Source: Lama guanicoe (lineage: Eukaryota). Taken from it: DNA of 27,854 nt. Position 1 is the stretch's first letter. Each line of letters begins with the position of its first letter. The stretch spans positions 5,282,587 through 5,310,440 of the forward strand of contig MU054220.1 in the NCBI GenBank assembly GCA_013239625.1. The letters run 5' to 3'. Position numbers and translations under genes: made by a program. Shown here in pieces: positions 22,186 through 27,854 of this stretch. The notes beneath the pieces are model-generated. The model did not search any database, was not told where the DNA came from, and was given only the letters and a program-made list of their open reading frames with translations.

Positions 22186-22299
22186 TGTAGTCAGCGTAGA
22201 CATGACTTGTGCTATTATTTGGCTTTTAAGAAGCCTGGAATGGATGAAACGATAATTGAACCTCAAGTTTGAAAGCCCCCCACCTCTATATGATGCTTA

Positions 22300-23020
22300 A
22301 AATCTTCCCAGAACATTGACTCTGAATCCCTTCTCTTCTTACCTTATAGCTGAGTTTGTTGAAAGAGTTTACAACCACTGTCTTTATTTTCTCTTATACC
22401 TTTAAATCTGGTATCTATTCCCACTTGAATCTTTGAAAGGACTCCTAGGGAACTTGTTCGGCTACTTGTTTATATCTGAATTATTTCCTAGACAGTAAGC
22501 TTCATGCAGGTAGAGTTCAAGTTGTGCTGTTGTTCATCACCATATCCTCACCTAGCGCAAAACCTGGCTTATAGTAAGTACATTATAAGTATTAGTTGAA
22601 TGAGTGAAAAAATGAATTTTCTAATAGTCATGGCCAATATACTGAGTAGTCCTTAATTCTATCCACTGAAACATTTTCTTTCTGTCTCTTTCAGTTTTTT
22701 TTTTTTACTTAGTCCCTAAATACTGGCATTTATAGTGTTTAATCTCTGTCTTTTTGCCTAACTTCATGTACTTTTATTGGGTGATCTATCTTTGGATAAA
22801 TAGTAGTAGATGGCTCCAGAACACTGAGTCCAGCCAAGTGCCAAAACCTTTGTCTTCCACATGTTAGATCAGTCTATCCAACTATCTGCTGAACATTTCC
22901 ACCTGAATAAATGGTCCCCTAGTTTGTATTTAGAAATACCCTGTGGTGGAGAACTCCTCTAGGTTCTTTAGGCTTCTACATATTTCAGTGAACTAAATAC
23001 ATCTTCCTATACCGTCTGTC
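22300..23020 (+). mobile_element. L2 internal (ORF2-region) fragment, interrupted
   Basis: 'ttgaaagagtttacaaccactgtct...aatctggtatcta', then 'ccctaaatactggc...tgggtgatct...tatccaactatctgctgaacatttccacctgaat'. Confidence 0.6.
22460..22617 (+). mobile_element. L2 3' terminus nested in the preceding L2 fragment
   Basis: 'ctagacagtaagcttcatgcaggtagag...ttgttcatcaccatatcc...cctagcgcaaaacctggcttatagtaagtac...tattagttgaatgagtgaa'. Confidence 0.75.
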
Positions 23021-23185
23021 CTTCATCCCGGTTTTCCTTAGGACTATTCTGGATAAGCTCAATCCGTGGTCGCTTTTTGCCTAGTTATTCAATCACCATT
23101 TAAGCTTTATATTTATGGAAAATGCAAAAGAGAAAGCTGGAGCACCTTAGAAAACATGCGTGCTACAAGACTAGTACTTTGGTGA

Positions 23186-23416
23186 AATAATACCTGTAAC
23201 TGAGCTCCTACTATGTGTCCAGCAGTGTGTTAAGCTGGACAAATAATCTTTAATCCTCATAAAAGCTCTGTGAGGTAATTGTTATTATTCATATTTTACA
23301 AAGGAAGAAACTAAAGCTCAGAAGTATTAAATATCTTATCCCAGGTCGTACAGCTAGAATGTGCCAGTGTTCCACCAGGTCAGGTTGGCTCAAGCAGAAA
23401 CTCTTAATCCACTATG
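23186..23416 (-). mobile_element. MIR SINE, near full length
   Basis: 'actgagctcctactatgtg...tttaatcctcataaaagctctgtgaggta...attttacaaaggaagaaactaaagctcaga...aggtcgtacagctag...ctcttaatccactatg'. Confidence 0.8.
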
Positions 23417-24099
23417 TACACATTTACTGGGCCTCTCTGCGTTTAATGAAGTCACTGGTCTTGGCATGTTTGTTGGCAGTATTTTTTCTTTGGTGAAGTT
23501 TCTGTGTTCCTCTCTGACTCTGTCATTTCTGCTTGCACATTATCTCTGAGTCTCTCTAGTTTTTCTGACTCTTCCTCTTGAGATCCTGGAATGACTAATA
23601 GAACAACCCTGATTCAGAGCCAGAAAACGTTGCCATTTCAAGGGCTTTAGGCTTATCACTGAGGTGGTAAATGGGAAATCTTGACCAAGAATATGAGCTT
23701 CTGGGGGTGGGGAGAGAATAAGTCTGTTCTCATGTAATCAGGTTGTGCTTTTCTGTTATGCTGGACTAGCAGAAAACAGAGAGGATAAAGAGGTAGATGG
23801 CTAAGAGGTGACATCCAAGAAGGACACAAATATGGGAACAAAAGAAAATGTTCTTGAATTCATGGAAAGACACACCACAGTCCCAGTTTTTGGTTCATGG
23901 GCTGGGCTACTTTCATCTCAGAAGAGGGCAACTTCAGTGAAAAGCTGTCAGGAGAAGAGGGCTTTAGCACTGAGTTGGAGGGAAAAGGTCATGGGGAGTG
24001 ATTCAGAGGCTTCTAAATGACTGTTTCTTTGAAGCTTCCTTTTAAAATTGAATCAGGCCACTTAGGAAACAGTGAGTTAGAAAAAGACCATTGTGAACA

Positions 24100-24330
24100 A
24101 TGGCTAATTGTTATTATTGTTGTTATGAAGTGCTTTCTCTGTGACAAGCACTGAAATAAGATTCTTATATCCATACTTCATACATCCTCACAACTCCTAT
24201 ACAGAGTACGTAATTTTCCCTATTTCAAAGTTGGAGGAACTGGAGCTAAAAGAGGTTAAATGCCTTGCGCAAAGAACAGCAAGAACATAGCAGAGCTGTG
24301 CAGAACTCCCACTGCGTTGGATTCCCTGGC
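24100..24330 (-). mobile_element. MIR SINE
   Basis: 'gtgctttctctgtgacaagcactg...atcctcacaactcctat...gaggaactggagctaaaagaggttaaatgccttgcgcaaag...gcagagctg'. Confidence 0.7.
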
Positions 24331-24989
24331 ATTTATTTTCCTTGGAATATTCACCGCTTTGCTCACTCATATGCTTCATGAAACCTGAGCAGATCATTTA
24401 GATTTTCTCCTGCATTTCCTGGGTTTCTTGCTGGAAAGCCGGTGGCCATACTGAAGGTGGCTGGGCTTACCCCTGCATTCACACGCACCGACTTCACCTT
24501 GCCTCCCCAGCCGATTAATAGTGAAGGTACATTATCTGAGCTAATAGGACTCAAATGAAGAAAACTGGTCAAGTGAAACCCTGTAAATTGGTTTGTGTGT
24601 TTTCTCTGTCTTTTTTAATACCTGATGCTGGGGATTTTCATCCTTGTCTAGCCAGGCTACAAGGAAAAGGATTAGCGTAAATAACTCCCAGGGCAGTGAT
24701 GAGTGTGCAGCCAGCTGCTTCGATGGCCCCTTTATTAGCATGATAGGAATTCAGACCTACACATGGGGATCTTCTTTTCCCTGAAATCACTGCTTTGATT
24801 CGCAGAGATGACCAAACCCCCACCCCCACCCCCGCTCTTCATTTTGTTCTTTTCCTGCTGTTTCCTTCTGTCACAGTGAGTTTGCCACCCTCTTCCTAAT
24901 CTCCCCAGACAAGCCTTTTGCCTTGCGATGACTGAAGTGTGAAGTACAAGGGGCAACCCCCCTGGAATACTTGTCTTTGGTTGCAGCTG

Positions 24990-25215
24990 CAGCAGCGAGG
25001 TGTAGTGGGAACCACAAAGCCCGGGTTCTCAGCCTGGTTCTCCCCTTACTACCTGTATAACCTTGGCTGTTACTTAACTCCTCTGCACCTAATTCCCTCC
25101 CACTCTCTGGTAAATGGGGGTCATAAAAACACATGCCTTGTAGGTAAATATAAAGGATTGAGAGCAATGCCTGCCACAGGGTTAAGTGATTAATTCCTGT
25201 CAACTATTATTATTA
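24990..25215 (+). mobile_element. MIR SINE
   Basis: 'cagcgaggtgtagtgg...ccgggttctcagcctggttctccccttactacctgtataaccttggctgttacttaactcctctgcacct...gtaaatggggg...actattattatta'. Confidence 0.7.
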
Positions 25216-26042
25216 GTGGAGAGAGGGCATAAGCATATAGGAAGAAAGGGTGCCTGGAGCGACCTCTCTGCACTGTTCATCTCCTCTGTGCTTTTGTTTC
25301 CCATCAGAGGCCGCTGCAGCTTCACTCTGGCTGCAGGGTCTGGTTTTGTGTTTGAGCTGGCCCAACGGCAGGGTCACTGAGTGACCTCAGCCATCGTCTT
25401 CCCTTCAGGCTGTTGGCATGTGGGGAGGGTCCACAGACCAGCCCAGGACTGCTTCTGTCTGCTACAGATGCAGCTCACTTGGAGAAGAATCCCTCCAAGG
25501 AGCAGCTGAAAAGGGCACTAGAGCTTGAGGCCAGCTTATAAAAGCTATACCTCCTCTGTTTCTGGTGTTTCTAAAATTATATGTAATATACATATGGCAA
25601 ATATATATATGGTAGTTGACCAGGGGTCAAGTGTCTTGGACTTGCCTTAGTCATGCCATGGAGAGGTCTCCAACAAAAGACAAAGCTGAGTAAAATGTGC
25701 CTTCTTTATGGCAATTTTTAAAGGTTTTGCATTATCCTCCACACGGTCTCCTGATGTTGGATTACAAGAAGGTTTCTTGGCTTGGGGTGAGTTTTCCTGG
25801 ACCCTCACTCACTTACTCCTTTAATATCAGGGAGGAGAGGGAGCCAATCCTGAGGAAAGCTCTTTAAAGGAAAATCATATCAATGAAGGAAGAATTTTGC
25901 CTCTTTGCCCAGAGCAGAACTGGCATGAGCCATCCACCCAATCTAACCAAGGTCTTCTTAAGGGATAGAGGTGAGCTGGAGAAGAGCAGAGGGCAGTCTT
26001 TGGCCCAACTAACTTTGTAAATGTTGTAAATAAAAAATTTTA

Positions 26043-26047
<5 letters not shown>

Positions 26048-26073
<26 letters not shown>
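26048..26073. repeat. Perfect (AC)13 microsatellite
   Basis: 26 nt uninterrupted run read directly. Confidence 0.95.
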
Positions 26074-26285
26074 CTAAATAAAATCTTAAGAGAGAGATCC
26101 TGGCTGTAAGTCAGGAGTGTATTGAATGTCCTTAGCCTCGACAGGTCATATCAACACTTCGTGGGTATAAATAAGCAGAGGAGGCTCTGGAGGAGTAAGG
26201 AGGAGTGAGCAGAGATTTGTGGGAAGAGGAACAAATTGCCTGCAGGGCAAGAAAAGGGTGTAGCAGGTAGATTCTGGGATAGAGC

Positions 26286-26398
26286 AGTATTTCTCCAACT
26301 AAGGGATAAAGATGTATTCTCAGAGGTCCATGGATTCTTTCTGAGAATTGTTTAATTTTATGTGGTGATCCCAAAAGAGCTTATAAGCATATTCTAGA
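26286..26398. mobile_element. Possible MER103-like hAT-Charlie MITE
   Basis: 'cagtatttctccaact...gaggtccatggat...gtgatcccaaaagagcttataagcatattctaga'. Confidence 0.35.
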
Positions 26399-26489
26399 CC
26401 ATCTTCAAAACCCTTTCATTTGTTTTTGTGCTGCATTATGTAGTATCTTTAAAATTTTTCAAGTTATAAGGATAAAGAACAGAAAAGGA

Positions 26490-26850
26490 CATCATAGCAT
26501 GTGATACATTTGCTCCAAAGGAAGGCGAAATGATGTTGTGACAGTCTGTGCACCGGTTTGAATAAGAAAAAACAGTGTGAAGAATGAACGATTCCATGAT
26601 ACATCCATGTTTAAAAAAAGAAAAAAAGAGCTGCCAGACTCAAAAGAACCAGCTTTGGAGCAGTCTGAGCTGTTAATGTGAGTACTGATTTCATATATTA
26701 AAAAGCACATTATCCATCAGACTAAATTGATATTGACCATTTGAGTTAATTGAGTTAGTTTAAATATAATGTATAAGTTTATTTTGATTTGAAGATTTAT
26801 AAAATATTTTACCTAGTTTTACATTTGTACATGTTCAAATGATACTGTTT
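26490..26850 (+). mobile_element. Possible hAT-Charlie transposase C-terminus/3' remnant
   Basis: 'cattatccatcagactaa' (HYPSD*) resembles the Charlie transposase end (..HPSH*) and is followed by an AT-rich tail; weak. Confidence 0.25.
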
Positions 26851-26869
26851 CATTTAGCTAACATCTAGA

Positions 26870-27043
26870 TCATTCTTATACTAGCCAGATGCTATCCCTA
26901 CGATTCTATGTACTTTAACTCATTAGGGCCTCATAAATTACTTAATGGAGACAGAGAGGGGTCCAAGTACACATGGCCAGCAGGCATTGGAGCTGGGATT
27001 GAATCAGGTTGTCAGGATAGAGCCACGCCTTTAATCACTATTT
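26870..27043 (-). mobile_element. MIR SINE fragment
   Basis: 'ttaactcattagggcctcataa...cagagagggg tccaagtacacatggccag...ggagctgggattgaatcagg...agagccacgcctttaatcacta'. Confidence 0.6.
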
Positions 27044-27299
27044 TGTATGGGTCCTTGAATTATCTAATTTTTTTTTCTTTAAAGGTGGTCTGTTTATCAC
27101 TCAAGTTTCAGAAACACGAAGAAGACGCTGCTAAGAACATCCAAAGCATTTATAATTGTCCCTTCGATTTCCCAATGTGCATCTTTTTCTCTTATTCATT
27201 ACAAACTTTCCTTCAACTATTTATTTTTCTCTGACTCTGTTTTCCCCCTCTTCTATCATATTAGGCTTCAAGATGTGAAAGTCCTACTGGTGAGCAGGT

Positions 27300-27822
27300 A
27301 CGGATAGAATTATGAACTACTACATCTTCAACACCCCTTCTACTAGCTCTCATTGTGTACCATCAATATAATTTGGTAACATCTTCCTGTTCCAGAAGTA
27401 AGACCTGATTGTTTTTATCCAATCAGGGTAATCCCAGCCCATTTCCATAGTGATTGGTCTAGGTAGTCCCATCTGTGCCAGCTGGCACACAGCATTCCTC
27501 TGCCCAAAGGACTTGGTTCAGAAATGGGCCCATTGCAAAGAATGGGCTGGTAAGATGTGAGGACAAGTTTGACAGATTTATCAGAAGCCAGAGTTCTCTC
27601 TTTCCGAATATTAGAGTTTTGCTACCATGAGGGAAGCCACCCTTGGAATGAAATGCTGACTGCAGAAAGCAGAGAAAAGAGACTCTGATGACTTTGATGA
27701 ACTACTGAATCAATAATTCTGAAGGCCACCTTTTCTATGAACTCTTTGTTGCATATGTCCAACAGTTTCTGTCAGTTTAAATCAAATGAATCAAAATAGA
27801 GTTCTCAGACATGTGTTGTAGT
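27300..27822 (+). mobile_element. MLT1J/K-like ERVL-MaLR solo LTR
   Basis: 'ccaatcagggtaatcccagcccatttccatagtgattggtctagg...ttggttcagaaatggg...agatgtgagg...ttgctaccatgagggaag...gcagagaaaagagactctgatgac...gtttaaatca'. Confidence 0.65.
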
Positions 27823-27854
27823 TGGACGGACTTGTAATGAATTCTGATTGTTTC

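Noticed and set aside
24817..24833. G-quadruplex on the minus strand
   Set aside because: Only three G5 tracts; a canonical intramolecular G4 needs four
21889..25849. Minus-strand microexon-like segments at 21889-21922 (34 nt) and 25817-25849 (33 nt, DWLPLLPDIKG)
   Set aside because: Short or AG-interrupted pyrimidine tracts. Their presence shows such patterns arise by chance on both strands, which also tempers the + strand candidates.
13153..27822. All three MLT1 LTRs on the + strand as evidence for a minus-strand host gene
   Set aside because: Three elements are too few to be significant, and L1 orientations are mixed

Overview
AT-rich, CpG-depleted mammalian genomic DNA that looks intronic or intergenic. 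A tRNA-Ala-derived SINE of the camelid Vic-1 type and an artiodactyl-type L1 3' end suggest a camelid (alpaca/camel-like) genome. Much of the window is decayed interspersed repeat: several old L1 (L1M-class) pieces on both strands, L2, L3/CR1, MIRs, three MLT1 solo LTRs, a probable ancient Gypsy-type LTR, and hAT DNA-transposon relics (MER58A, MER94, MER5-like). One L1 is a ~3.1 kb internally deleted copy with a recognisable ORF2 remnant. I cannot support any intact protein-coding gene, RNA gene, CRISPR array or new multi-gene system; the listed ORFs are repeat-derived or look like chance ORFs. The best leads are a few repeat-free islands that may be enhancers or a promoter, several splice-signal-bounded candidate exons/microexons, the structure of the deleted L1, and nested insertions. 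Repeat families were assigned from remembered consensus sequences, not a search, so subfamily names and boundaries are approximate.
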